Both the position numbers and the translations under genes were made by a program. Below, one piece after another: positions 9,302 through 19,463 of a DNA stretch of 64,000 nt. The stretch is from a plasmid. Position 1 is the stretch's first letter. Every line of letters begins with the position of its first letter. The DNA is taken from the sequence record NZ_CP110904.1, one strand, 5' to 3'. The notes beneath the pieces were generated by a model, which searched no databases, had not been told where the DNA came from, and saw only the letters and a program-made list of their open reading frames with translations.

Positions 9302-11983
9302 ATGAAATCTGCTAACATCTATAATAAAGAATTAAGTCGCCACCAGTTTGGTGGGTTTATTCCTGTATACGACCAGATTCCTGGCACGAATTATTTTCTA
9401 ATAGACGGTAATCGGCTTGGGTTTATGTTTATTTGTAACCCCTCACCTGGTGTTTTTGATAATCAGCAGGATGTGTTAGCTGAATTATTTAAAATGGATT
9501 TTCCTACTGACACTATCTGTCAGACCTCATTAACAGCACTGCCGGACCTGACCTTGCATTTAAGTGCCTGGTCGGCAGTTCGTGGTGGTCGAATGGAAGG
9601 ACATGATAAGCTTAAGGGGGACTTACTCACGGCCTACCAGCTGGATTATTATGATAGAAGTCTAAATGAACCCTTAAAACCGGATCATGATAAATTAATG
9701 CTTCGTGACTTTCAGATCTGGATGTCATTTTCTATTCCGTTGAAATCTGCGCTTCCTACTGAAATTGAAATTAATCGCATCGATGCACTGTACTCTGACC
9801 TAATCAGTAAGTTGAACACACTGGGCCTTTTTCCACATAAAGTTAGCGCCGAAAACTGGCTTTATTGCATGGATAAATTAATGCATCCGGGAAAAACATC
9901 ACGTTGGGCTGAAGGTCATGTTGAAGTCAACACTATGAGGCGTCTTAACGAACAGCTAAATGTTCCGGGGCGAAAATATACAGTAACTGAAAATAATTTT
10001 TCATCTACAACGCAGAGTACTGATGTTTCTGAACATCGTTATTTCAAACAATTATCTGTGGTCAAGTTCCCAGAACATGTAAATTTTGGAAGCATGTATG
10101 AACTTGTAGTGAATTGGATGAATGGGCGTAAAACTATATTTAGCCCATTTATGATAACTCAAACAGTCCATTTCGCCGATCCCTTAAAATTAGCTAGAGA
10201 TAACGTCAGATATAAGGCAATTACTAACAAACAAGCTAGTATCCCAACCGTCTTAACGTTTTGTCCAAGACTGAAGGACATGGATAATGATTACATGGCG
10301 GTAACACGTGAACTGGAAGATGGGGCCCGTCTTTTACACAGTTATCTGACATTTACCGTCATGGGGAATTCAGCATTAGATGTCCAGTCTGCCGCAGACC
10401 AGTTAAAATCATTTTATCTGGAAAGTCGCGTTAAAGTGGCTGATGATTCATACATCATCTTTCCATCTTTTGTCTCTTGCCTTCCAATGTGTAATGACCC
10501 CAAGACGATACTAGATCTGGACCGTTTTGAGGTAGTCAGTAATACTGGTGCAGCGCATATGACCCCTCTATTCGGCCCATGGAAAGGTAATACTGACAGA
10601 CCTGTACTTAACCTCGTCTCACGAGAGGGCCAGCTGTTGGGGCTTGATATCTTCAAGACTTCTGCCAGCTATAATATGGTTGTTGGGGCGACTTCTGGTG
10701 CAGGCAAATCGTTCTGGGTTGCATACATCATTAATAACTATCTTGGTGCAGGGCCGCGTTCTAATAATCTGATCCATTATCGTGATACTTTTGAAGGTTT
10801 CAAAAACAATGCTTATGATGCATTTGACCCTGATGGAGCCCAGATTTTTGTAGTTGACGTTGGTCGCTCGTATCAGGGTATTTCGGAGCAATATACAAAT
10901 AGTCAGTTTATAGATTTTGGTAAAAAGCCTGATTTTACTCTGAATCCGTTCGCATTTTTGACCGATGTCACTGTTGCAGACCGAGTTTTTGATGAAGCGC
11001 CTGTTTTCAATGACGACTCAAATAATAACGATGAAGAAAAGGATAAAGTTGCACAGACCATTATGGTCCTGAATCAGTTAAAAATAATGGCATCTGAAAA
11101 AGGAAATATTGACGACTTTCAACAATCGGTCATGCTTCAACTGATTGGTGATGAATATAACGAATCACGTAAAGTCGGAAGTACAGGCTCTATTACAGGA
11201 TTTGCACGCCGCTGTTCTGCCCATGAAGATAAGCGTATTAAAGATATCGGTGAGCAATTAGGGCAATGGTGTGAAGGAGGCATTTACGGAAATCGATTTA
11301 CCGAAAAGCTCCCGCCAATAAACTTCGGTAGTCGGTTTATAGTTCTTGAGCTTGAAGAGTTGAAGGGTACCCCTCACCTCCAGACAGTCGTGCTCATGTC
11401 GATCATTCAAGCTGCTCAGCATGCAATGTTTATCAAAAAGGACGGTCGCCGCCGGTTGTTCATCCTTGATGAGGCATGGGAGTATATTCGCCCGGATAAT
11501 GCTTCAGGCTCCAGTAATCAGTCAAATCAGTTTTTCTCATCTTTCCTTGAAGCTGCCTGGCGCCGATTCAGGAAAACGAACTGTGCTGGTATTTGTATTA
11601 CCCAGTCCTTTGAAGATTACTTCACCTCCTCGGTAGGTCGAGCCCTGACGGCCAACTCGCCGTGGAAGATCATCATGAAGCAGGAAAAGGAGAGCATAGA
11701 AGCCATGAAGGCTAATAACTACTTCTCTACGACTGATGCTGAATATGAGCGTATGAAAAACATACGAACGATAAAGCGTGCATTTTCTGAGATGCTCGTC
11801 CGATTCGAGAATTTCCAGGAGATATGTCGCCTCTATGTAGACAGGAAAATGGAGCTTTGTTTTACGACTGACAGTACCGACCGTGGAAAGCTATGGGAAA
11901 TACAAAGCCGTCTTGATTGCTCTTACGGCGAAGCAATTGAGATACTGTATGAACAGGAAGTTGCTAGCAATGCAGCTGCATAA
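9302..11983 (+). CDS. trhC: TraC / VirB4 family T4SS ATPase (893 aa)
   Basis: Walker A GATSGAGKS and Walker B LFILDEAWEY. Size and position are typical of F-type TraC. Confidence 0.85.
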   Translation: MKSANIYNKELSRHQFGGFIPVYDQIPGTNYFLIDGNRLGFMFICNPSPGVFDNQQDVLAELFKMDFPTDTICQTSLTALPDLTLHLSAWSAVRGGRMEGHDKLKGDLLTAYQLDYYDRSLNEPLKPDHDKLMLRDFQIWMSFSIPLKSALPTEIEINRIDALYSDLISKLNTLGLFPHKVSAENWLYCMDKLMHPGKTSRWAEGHVEVNTMRRLNEQLNVPGRKYTVTENNFSSTTQSTDVSEHRYFKQLSVVKFPEHVNFGSMYELVVNWMNGRKTIFSPFMITQTVHFADPLKLARDNVRYKAITNKQASIPTVLTFCPRLKDMDNDYMAVTRELEDGARLLHSYLTFTVMGNSALDVQSAADQLKSFYLESRVKVADDSYIIFPSFVSCLPMCNDPKTILDLDRFEVVSNTGAAHMTPLFGPWKGNTDRPVLNLVSREGQLLGLDIFKTSASYNMVVGATSGAGKSFWVAYIINNYLGAGPRSNNLIHYRDTFEGFKNNAYDAFDPDGAQIFVVDVGRSYQGISEQYTNSQFIDFGKKPDFTLNPFAFLTDVTVADRVFDEAPVFNDDSNNNDEEKDKVAQTIMVLNQLKIMASEKGNIDDFQQSVMLQLIGDEYNESRKVGSTGSITGFARRCSAHEDKRIKDIGEQLGQWCEGGIYGNRFTEKLPPINFGSRFIVLELEELKGTPHLQTVVLMSIIQAAQHAMFIKKDGRRRLFILDEAWEYIRPDNASGSSNQSNQFFSSFLEAAWRRFRKTNCAGICITQSFEDYFTSSVGRALTANSPWKIIMKQEKESIEAMKANNYFSTTDAEYERMKNIRTIKRAFSEMLVRFENFQEICRLYVDRKMELCFTTDSTDRGKLWEIQSRLDCSYGEAIEILYEQEVASNAAA

Positions 11984-11999
11984 CGTTTAAGTAGTACTG

Positions 12000-12035
12000 G
12001 ATACCTCATCTTTACTGGATGAGGTATCCGTACTT
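12000..12035 (+). terminator. Rho-independent terminator after the VirB4 gene
   Basis: Perfect 12-bp inverted repeat GGATACCTCATC...GATGAGGTATCC, followed by a T-containing tract. Confidence 0.6.
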
Positions 12036-12623
12036 TACTCAAATTACAGGTTTTTAACTGTGTTACACTGCCCTCCCCCGCAACAATTGTTCAGGTTCAG
12101 AATTTCTGGATCGAATTAACTCCCCTAAATATCCCTAAATTTTATTTGTAGATACTGTTGATTGGCTTCTCTGGGGCTTCTACTTAAGTTGATTGGTGAT
12201 GTAGCTTTTATACGGCTGATGTTTAATCATGCTCGGCCTGTGCTGAGCTAAATTTCCTGCCTTGGATACGGATGTTGTGGTTGCAAGTGATAACCAAATT
12301 TGTCGCGCTACTGTATATTAGATATAAACACTATCTTTATGGTTAGCTAAGCAACCCATAATTTCTTATGTATCGATTTAAAGTTTGGTAAGGCATTGAA
12401 AAACAAATAATAACTCATGTCTTGTTGGTTTGTTTAACAAGTTAGAGATAATATTTGTGAGTTGGTGTCTTTTTGTTTTGTTAGTCAATTTTCGTATTTG
12501 TGGTTATCTAAACCAACCATAACTATTAAGTTGCAGTTTTGTTTTGAACTAAAATGAAATGCCTTCTATTTAGGTTGGTATAGTCAACCATTTTCAGCTT
12601 CAAGTGATTACTAGAATATGGTT

Positions 12624-12646
12624 AATCGAGATGTTGTAACTGGTTG
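12624..12646 (+). promoter_or_regulatory. Ter-like site (AGATGTTGTAACTGG) resembling the Tus-binding Ter core GTTGTAAC
   Basis: Matches the Ter consensus AGNATGTTGTAACTAA at 14 of 16 positions (consensus recalled from memory). A Tus homolog is encoded at 55608-56567. Confidence 0.4.
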
Positions 12647-13469
12647 CTATCTGTAAAACAAGCGTAGTGCCATTTACCAAAAAACCTGAAATTCGCATCT
12701 TGAAATTGGGGAAGTTTATTCCTAATAAAACAATTTACTGACGATCCAACCAATTCGCTCCGCCGGGTATGTGCGCCTTAATCTCCAAAATTGGTATATA
12801 AACACCTTAAAGTTTATCCCGGGTGTTGAGTAACATTGCTTTGCATAATTTAGCCAAAGGGTTATAGGCTCAGATTCGGCGTGCTTTCTTAGTATTCTGA
12901 ATGCCATCTTTTGGATCACGAGGTAAGCAGGAAGGATTTAGTTCATTCCTGAATGGCGCCTTAGCCGTCGAAAATTTTGCGGGGGCCTGGCATATTCTAC
13001 TCTTTTGCCCGGTATTAGAGTCCAGGCTTTAAATTCCAACAAAGTTCTAGCACACCGAAACCTTATTTCGAAAACACTAGAAAAGGTAAAGGAAATTAAA
13101 TGTTAGTAACATAGAGATAATTAGAACGGCCTACGAGATTTCAGAAGAAGTAATCTGCACAAGTCTCCACAACTTTTGTGAGAACGCCCTCTTATTTTGC
13201 TGCGAAGAATTAACATTATTGTCTGGGTTCACGCCGAACCACACGGTACTCTTTCAGTCTGTGCGCTTCAGACCGGACGTCGTCTAACCAGCTTCCCATA
13301 AATATGTAGATTTATGTTTGCACCATAAGTCATTACCACTAACGTTAGAGAGGTCCAACCCGCGTTTCATATTTCAACTTTGTACTTTTCAGTTCTTACA
13401 ACCAAACTTTAATGTTGTTTTGCTTTTATCGTAGGTCATGTATAGATCCCTCCCGGGAACTGATTCATA

Positions 13470-14062
13470 TAACCCCTTAATCGCCAGCTCTAGGCGGGAT
13501 ACTGTCCGGGTGACGGAACACATTTAACCCCCTTAATCGCCAGCCCAGGGCGGGATGCTGTTCGGGTGCCTGTATATTTAACCCCCTTAATCGCCAGCTC
13601 AGGGCGGGATACTGTTCGGGTGCCTGAATATTTAACCCCCTTAATCGCCAGCTCAAGGCGGATACTGTCCAGGTGCCGGAACATTTAACCCCTTTAATCG
13701 CCAGCCCAGCGCGGGATACTGTCGGAGCGGCGGTACATTGAACCCTCTTAATCGCCAGCTCAAGGCCGAATTCTGTCCGGGTGCCGGAGCATTCAACCTC
13801 CTTAATCGCCAGCCCAGGGCGGGATGCTGTTTGGGTGCGGGAACATTTAACCCCCTTAATCGCCAGCCAAGGGAGGGACGCTGTCCGGGTGTCGGAACAT
13901 TTAACCCCCTTAATCGCCAGCCAAGGGAGGGACGCTGTCCGGGTGTCGGAACATTTAACCCCCTTAATCGCCAGCCCAGGGCGGGATGCTGTTTGAGTGC
14001 CGGAACATTTAACCCCGTTAATCGCCAGCCCAAAAAGAGATGCTTTTGAATACCGGGGAATT
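13470..14062. repeat. 11 tandem ~58-bp direct repeats; candidate type Ia centromere (parS-like)
   Basis: Unit is AACCCCCTTAATCGCCAGCYCAGGGCGGGATRCTGTYCGGGTGCCGGAACATTT. Each unit contains TCGCCA (identical to the P1 parS B-box hexamer) and ATTTAAC (one mismatch from the A-box ATTTCAC). The array lies ~270 bp upstream of parA. Confidence 0.6.
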
Positions 14063-14333
14063 GACGTTAGTTGCCACATAGCTGACTCCTGTTAAGTCGG
14101 TAGTTTGCTATCGCCAATGTTGAAAGTCATTCCTTATAACTCTCTTTTTACACATAACAAAGTAAACCGATGAGGCTGATATCCCATAATCGACGAAAAA
14201 GAAACAGAACGTTAGCGTATAGTTAGAATTACGGTTACAATTAAACGCATAAGGCACGAATGTACGCATTATGCGTAAAGTGTACATATATGCGTTTAAT
14301 TTCATTATTTAGGTTAAAAGGGATCGGAAGAGA

Positions 14334-15587
14334 ATGAATCTAATTGATAAGATCGCCCTTGTCGGTCAACGAATGAAGAGCGAGCAGATTTCCCTGAAGG
14401 AGTCATTATTGGTCTCTTCAAGGGTTTCGGTCTCGGATGATAGTGTTGAAGGTGTAGATCGCCTCATCTATAACCATTGTTTGAATAAAAAAAATCTGTC
14501 AGATTTTTTTGGCAAGTCACGCGTCACCTTTAATAAAATCCTTGCCGATCTTGAAGATAGAGGTCTGGTTGGTGCTCCTATCTTTCAGAACAAAAACCAT
14601 CTCTATACCAGGTGGGACGTCCAAAAAATCATGGATGCTCTGGGCTGTCCTCGGTACAGCGACTATTACCATAGCCGTGCAATCGTAACGCAGAACCATA
14701 AGGGCGGCACGGGTAAGAGTACAACTTCAGGGGCTCTTGCTGTAGCCGCAGCGCTTGATATGCATCTAAACGCAAGGACACTTTTGATCGAATGGGACCC
14801 ACAAGGCTCAATTGGTAGCGGGATGATACAAAGTGTAGCGGAAGATGATGTTTTCCTCACTGCTATTGACGCCATCTTAGGGGTTTATGAAGAGGACTCA
14901 GATTACAAAAAATACCTTGATTTAGGGTATTCGGAAGAAGAAATCATTGAGAGTATGCCTTTTTCGACACACCTACCGAATCTTGATGTTATTACAGCAT
15001 TTCCTACAGATGCGCGATTTAAAGATAAATACTGGCAGTGTTCCAGAGAAGAACGAACAGAGCTATTACTTCGATTCAAAGAAGTTATTCTGCCTGTTTT
15101 GAAGAAAAAATACGGCCTGATTATCATCGATACTCCACCAGAGGATTCGCCAATCACTTGGGCAGCTGATGAAGCCGCTGATGGCATTCTTGTTGCCGTA
15201 TCACCTCGTGAATACGATTATGCTTCCACAACTGATTTCATGTTGACCATCAGCGAGCGTTTCAAACAATCGCCGAGCAAGGGCGAAAATCTGAGGTGGT
15301 TCAAAGTGCTGGCTGTTAACGTAGACGATAAGAGTCCATATGAAAAAATTGTTCTGGATAAACTGGTAAGAACAGTGCAGGAACTCTTTATGTCTGCAAA
15401 TATTAAAAATTCCGAAGCGTTTAAAGCCGCAGCATCAAGGGGCAGAACCGTATTGGATATTAAAAAGTCTGAAGAGCTTTGCTCACCTAAGCAGCTTGAT
15501 GTGGCTGAAGAATCTGTAATGGCGGCCTACCAGCAATTTATAAATGAGATTAAGAGTTTTTCTGTGAAAGAAAGGAGTAACGCATGA
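14334..15587 (+). CDS. parA: Type Ia partition ATPase ParA (P1 ParA / SopA-like, with N-terminal HTH extension)
   Basis: Deviant Walker A KGGTGKST. 417 aa with a long N-terminal domain typical of type Ia ParA. Confidence 0.85.
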   Translation: MNLIDKIALVGQRMKSEQISLKESLLVSSRVSVSDDSVEGVDRLIYNHCLNKKNLSDFFGKSRVTFNKILADLEDRGLVGAPIFQNKNHLYTRWDVQKIMDALGCPRYSDYYHSRAIVTQNHKGGTGKSTTSGALAVAAALDMHLNARTLLIEWDPQGSIGSGMIQSVAEDDVFLTAIDAILGVYEEDSDYKKYLDLGYSEEEIIESMPFSTHLPNLDVITAFPTDARFKDKYWQCSREERTELLLRFKEVILPVLKKKYGLIIIDTPPEDSPITWAADEAADGILVAVSPREYDYASTTDFMLTISERFKQSPSKGENLRWFKVLAVNVDDKSPYEKIVLDKLVRTVQELFMSANIKNSEAFKAAASRGRTVLDIKKSEELCSPKQLDVAEESVMAAYQQFINEIKSFSVKERSNA

Positions 15588-16588
15588 GTGATGAGCAGCA
15601 TATCGGGAATGACAAATCCCGTTATATTAATGCACCTAAGCGTACTGAAGTCAGCCATCGCTCCGGGCTTCCAGGCCTGAAATCACAGCCTCGACTGAGG
15701 AAGCTGTTTGCTTTACATAATGGACGTAAGCTGGAAGCTGAACACATCATTGTACCGGCTGAGAAGGTGGAACTGGAAACCGCAGTACACCCTATGAACC
15801 CACGAAACCAGGAAGCTCTCACTGTAAATGCAGTTCGAGATATCCTGGAACAAATTAAGGTACGTGGTGTTGATACAGAAGGCGTTGCTGTCAAACGAAA
15901 TGGGGTGTATCTGCTTATAGAGGGCAGTCGTAGGCGTTTCTGTTGTATTCAATCTGCGAAGGATTTGCCACTATGGGTGTTGCCGGATGAATTATCCCCG
16001 GAAGATATTAATTCCATCATTACAGCAGCACAGACATCACGGAGATTTTCTTACCGTGAAGTTGGATTCCAGTATTTACAGAAAATGAAAGACCTTGGAT
16101 TTGCAACTAATGAAGAGCTTGCTAATTATCTCGGAATCAGCCATGTATCTGTTTCTAAGCGTATCCAGGCGGCGAAGATAGATAATTCTCTTATTGCTCT
16201 CTTTCCTGACTATGAAGGTATTCCTAACTCGTATTACAATCGCTTATCCCGACTACAGAAGTACGTCGAAAAGAATTTATTCTCTCTTGAGGAAGTTGTA
16301 GATAATGTTCGGGAGGAAATAAGGAGCTTGGATGTAACCGATATTTCCGAAGCACAGAAGACAGTAATAGATAAAATTACTACAGTAGTTGAACAGCTTG
16401 ACATAAAACCTCCTAGCAAGGGGTGGGAAACTCGTGAATTAGCCGTGTTTGATAATAAAGATAAATATGCAAGGATTAGCAAAAATGCGTCTGGAAGAAA
16501 AATTAGGTTTGAATTTAATAGAATGAATAGCGAATTGATCGCAGAAATTGAGGAGTTTATAAAATCGAAGTTGAAAGAAAAAGAATAA
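15584..16588 (+). CDS. parB: Centromere-binding protein ParB (P1 ParB-like)
   Basis: 334 aa. Start overlaps the parA stop. ParB box-like EGSRRRF and an HTH region (ELANYLGISHVSVSKRI). Confidence 0.8.
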   Translation: MSDEQHIGNDKSRYINAPKRTEVSHRSGLPGLKSQPRLRKLFALHNGRKLEAEHIIVPAEKVELETAVHPMNPRNQEALTVNAVRDILEQIKVRGVDTEGVAVKRNGVYLLIEGSRRRFCCIQSAKDLPLWVLPDELSPEDINSIITAAQTSRRFSYREVGFQYLQKMKDLGFATNEELANYLGISHVSVSKRIQAAKIDNSLIALFPDYEGIPNSYYNRLSRLQKYVEKNLFSLEEVVDNVREEIRSLDVTDISEAQKTVIDKITTVVEQLDIKPPSKGWETRELAVFDNKDKYARISKNASGRKIRFEFNRMNSELIAEIEEFIKSKLKEKE

Positions 16589-16599
16589 TTAAATTTTGC

Positions 16600-16635
16600 A
16601 TTAATCCGCATCGCAAGGATGCGGATTTATTACTA
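16600..16635 (+). terminator. Rho-independent terminator after parB
   Basis: AATCCGCATCgcaaggATGCGGATT followed by TATT. Confidence 0.6.
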
Positions 16636-16741
16636 TGTTGACCTTAATTTCATTCCCTCCATTATCAATACTGTAAAGCCTTAATCATTCTAGATGCGTG
16701 TAACTGCATGATCTTTAGAACAAATATCCTTATAAATGAGA

Positions 16742-16770
16742 TTGCAGGTCCCCATGACAGGGACCTAAAT
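16742..16770 (-). terminator. Hairpin terminator for the minus-strand operon
   Basis: AGGTCCCcatgacaGGGACCT perfect inverted repeat, just downstream of the stop of the 16774-17166 gene. Confidence 0.4.
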
Positions 16771-16773
16771 TAA

Positions 16774-17166
16774 CTATTGAATGGGTTGATGTGCAGGTTC
16801 AGAAAGAAAAGGCCTGAGATCTATGTGAACTGCTGCTGCATTACTGTCATTAATTACGTTTAAAGGGGCTTTACCTGGTAAAGACATTGTTGCAACGTCG
16901 GGACCTGAAACAGTAAAGTTATTTTCCGCGCTTGGCATTACTGTGAATATTTTTATTGCAACATTCTCATGCCGATACATAGATATCCCGAACGTGGAGC
17001 CTGCTTCAGTATTACTGACATCAACTTCAACCGGTGTCCTACCGATCACTTCATTGGTCAGTATATTTTTCACAATGGCACCATCAGGTGCTGTGTAGAT
17101 GCGATAAGGATAAGCAAAAGCCACCTCGCAGCAGCAAATACAGATGACGGCCAATATAGATTTCAT
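16774..17166 (-). CDS. Small exported protein (signal peptide)
   Basis: N-terminal signal peptide. Overlaps the neighbouring gene by 4 bp, suggesting operon membership. Confidence 0.5.
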   Translation of the reverse strand: MKSILAVICICCCEVAFAYPYRIYTAPDGAIVKNILTNEVIGRTPVEVDVSNTEAGSTFGISMYRHENVAIKIFTVMPSAENNFTVSGPDVATMSLPGKAPLNVINDSNAAAVHIDLRPFLSEPAHQPIQ

Positions 17167-17684
17167 GATTGCTCCTGTTCCAAAAATGCAAGACTTAATG
17201 ATTGCGTAACTAGCGTTGTGTTTGTTTCACCCGAGCCGGGAAATTCATATCTAATACTGAACAACAATGGCAATGTGGGTCCATCACTCGACTTTTGTGA
17301 AATTTTGGTAAATGCGTTATTAATAAACGTTAATTGGTCAGTGTTGTCGTAGCAAAGGCCGAGTAAACCAACAGTCGGAACAGTAAACAATGAAACTGAA
17401 CCAGGTGTTAATAACAGTTTCCCACGGGATGAATAGGTGCAACGGCTTCCGGCTAGATTTAGATCCGATAACTCAATAAATTCCTTGGTACCATTCTTGG
17501 CGAGCAGCCAGACATCAGTGCCTGAACTCTCAATCAGAAAAGTAACTTTTCCGTCGGTATAGGATTCACTTTTGTTGCTCATCACAGGGTCGAAACCTAC
17601 TGAGGGGAGGTCTGCAATTTTGCTTCCAACCGACTGACAGCCAGTCAAAAGACAGATAAAAATCACTCCGGCTGCTTTAATCAT
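17163..17684 (-). CDS. Lipoprotein (lipobox LTGC)
   Basis: MIKAAGVIFICLLTGCQ. Translationally coupled to neighbours. Confidence 0.55.
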   Translation of the reverse strand: MIKAAGVIFICLLTGCQSVGSKIADLPSVGFDPVMSNKSESYTDGKVTFLIESSGTDVWLLAKNGTKEFIELSDLNLAGSRCTYSSRGKLLLTPGSVSLFTVPTVGLLGLCYDNTDQLTFINNAFTKISQKSSDGPTLPLLFSIRYEFPGSGETNTTLVTQSLSLAFLEQEQS

Positions 17685-18516
17685 TACTAGCCCTCATAAT
17701 CGTTTTCTGTATGGTGCTGATATCGAATTCTTCACCTGGGTAAACCGTCAAATTTTTGGAGAAATAATTAGAACCAACGAGGAAGCTGTTACGTTTACCA
17801 ACCCAAACAAACTCTGAAAACATAAAAGACCTGAGTTTATCAGTCGCTATAATCTCGTAGGTATGTGAGGACGGTAATGATGCAGTCGCGACATCTGGGA
17901 TTGTGACGGAAGAGTGAATTTTTTTGGGCACATTGAGACGTAGTGCGACTTCTGGTGAAGGGTCATACTCCTTTGAAAAATCCTGTGATTTTGAAGTTTG
18001 GGGGAGGGTGAATTTTTTACCCTGGTCTGGTCCAAAAATCGCAATAACGCTTTTATTCAATTTACTTACGGACACTATCGCCTGTAATGGGGTACTGGAT
18101 AGGTCATTGACGAAAGAGATTGTCAGGCTGGAACCCGGCTCTAACCATAGAATTTTTTTACCGGCTGCATCTTCATCCAGGGATACAATATTTGATAACA
18201 AAACGCCATTTTTGGCTATAACGTCAAATGCAATTTTGGGTATCACAAGGTTCAAAGGCGTAAGTGTTGACTGATTTGCGATCTGGAGATAGTTACGCTT
18301 AGTCATGCTTGTTTTAATTACAGGTCTTTGTTGACCATTAACAAGCCACATACCGTCGACATATTTTGCAGAAATAGAAATAAATTCATAGTTAGCCTCA
18401 GATTTAGCAACTGACTGCTGAGAAGTAGGCATTGGTGTTTTAGTCGATGCGGTTGCATTGATTGATGGCCACACAAATGCCAGCACCGGTAAAATTATCA
18501 GTTTTAATTTCTGCAT
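17677..18516 (-). CDS. Secreted protein (signal peptide)
   Basis: MQKLKLIILPVLAFVWPSINATA signal peptide. Overlaps adjacent genes. Confidence 0.55.
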   Translation of the reverse strand: MQKLKLIILPVLAFVWPSINATASTKTPMPTSQQSVAKSEANYEFISISAKYVDGMWLVNGQQRPVIKTSMTKRNYLQIANQSTLTPLNLVIPKIAFDVIAKNGVLLSNIVSLDEDAAGKKILWLEPGSSLTISFVNDLSSTPLQAIVSVSKLNKSVIAIFGPDQGKKFTLPQTSKSQDFSKEYDPSPEVALRLNVPKKIHSSVTIPDVATASLPSSHTYEIIATDKLRSFMFSEFVWVGKRNSFLVGSNYFSKNLTVYPGEEFDISTIQKTIMRASND

Positions 18517-19463
18517 TATAAAGCAGCCTCTATGTTGTTATCTTTTAAATCCAGGTCAAGTGGTGTTGTGTTTTGTGTGTAAATGCCGTTCTTATTAAGG
18601 ATCATTTGGTGGCAAATTAGGGTTGGTGTTGAGGCCAGTATCAACTCGACCAGCGTTATTGCCGGAACTGTAGTACGAGGTATACCTGGGGCTAGTAGTG
18701 CTGGATCGCTAATTGCTGACATGAACAGCGAGCCAGTATTGATATGGAGACAGTTGCCGACGAGTACAGGTAAGTTAGTCAAAGGTAACCCATGAGCCTT
18801 TCTGATGCTATTGACCGGATTCCGACCCAGTACAACGAGGTTGACATCGCTAATATTCATTGGGCTGACTGCGTGATCCATACCAAAAAGAAACTGACTC
18901 TGAAAGATATTCACGTTTGCCTGATTAAACGCGAGGAGAGCGTTATAGGTATTGTCGAAACCCTGTCGTATGTCCGTGTAGTCGGATGGACAAACACCGA
19001 TAGTAATATTTCCTTTAAAAAGCACCTTCATCACCGTGGCCAGCTGGGTGGAGAGCAGTTTGCTGATCTCCTCTTCAAGATAACTGCGGTTAATTTGTTT
19101 ATGCCAACGTCCGCCTCTTGCACACCACCGTTCGTTAAGAAATGTGCTTGGGTAATAAGTCCTACGATCATTATTTGTGGGTAAGAGCTTCTTCATCATC
19201 TCTTCACCAGCCCCGGCTGCTGAGAACACTCGCACAGAACGTCCATCAAAAATACCAGTGTTTATCGCTGTCATTAACTCCATGGGCTCAGGACCATAAT
19301 CAAAGAGATTCCCGGTAGGGAAAATGATTAGTTCCTCATCTGGGCTCGATATCGAATGGATAAGATTACAAAGCGTCGAATAATGTCCATGGGGGTCTGC
19401 CAGAAAGAAAACCCTTCCGGAATAATTAGTCAGGTCAATTGTCTGGACGTGCTCAGATGCCAT
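18516..19463 (-). CDS. Calcineurin-like metallophosphoesterase / Ser-Thr phosphatase-like protein
   Basis: N-terminal FFLADPHGHY matches the GDxHG metallophosphatase motif. A degenerate GNLFDYG second motif follows. Confidence 0.45.
   Translation of the reverse strand: MASEHVQTIDLTNYSGRVFFLADPHGHYSTLCNLIHSISSPDEELIIFPTGNLFDYGPEPMELMTAINTGIFDGRSVRVFSAAGAGEEMMKKLLPTNNDRRTYYPSTFLNERWCARGGRWHKQINRSYLEEEISKLLSTQLATVMKVLFKGNITIGVCPSDYTDIRQGFDNTYNALLAFNQANVNIFQSQFLFGMDHAVSPMNISDVNLVVLGRNPVNSIRKAHGLPLTNLPVLVGNCLHINTGSLFMSAISDPALLAPGIPRTTVPAITLVELILASTPTLICHQMILNKNGIYTQNTTPLDLDLKDNNIEAAL

Noticed and set aside
13477-14079. Possible CRISPR array or repetitive protein genes in the 58-bp tandem repeats
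   Set aside because: The whole 58-bp unit is conserved with no unique spacers, and no cas genes are present. The ORF translations are periodic repeat artefacts. Centromere-like function fits better.
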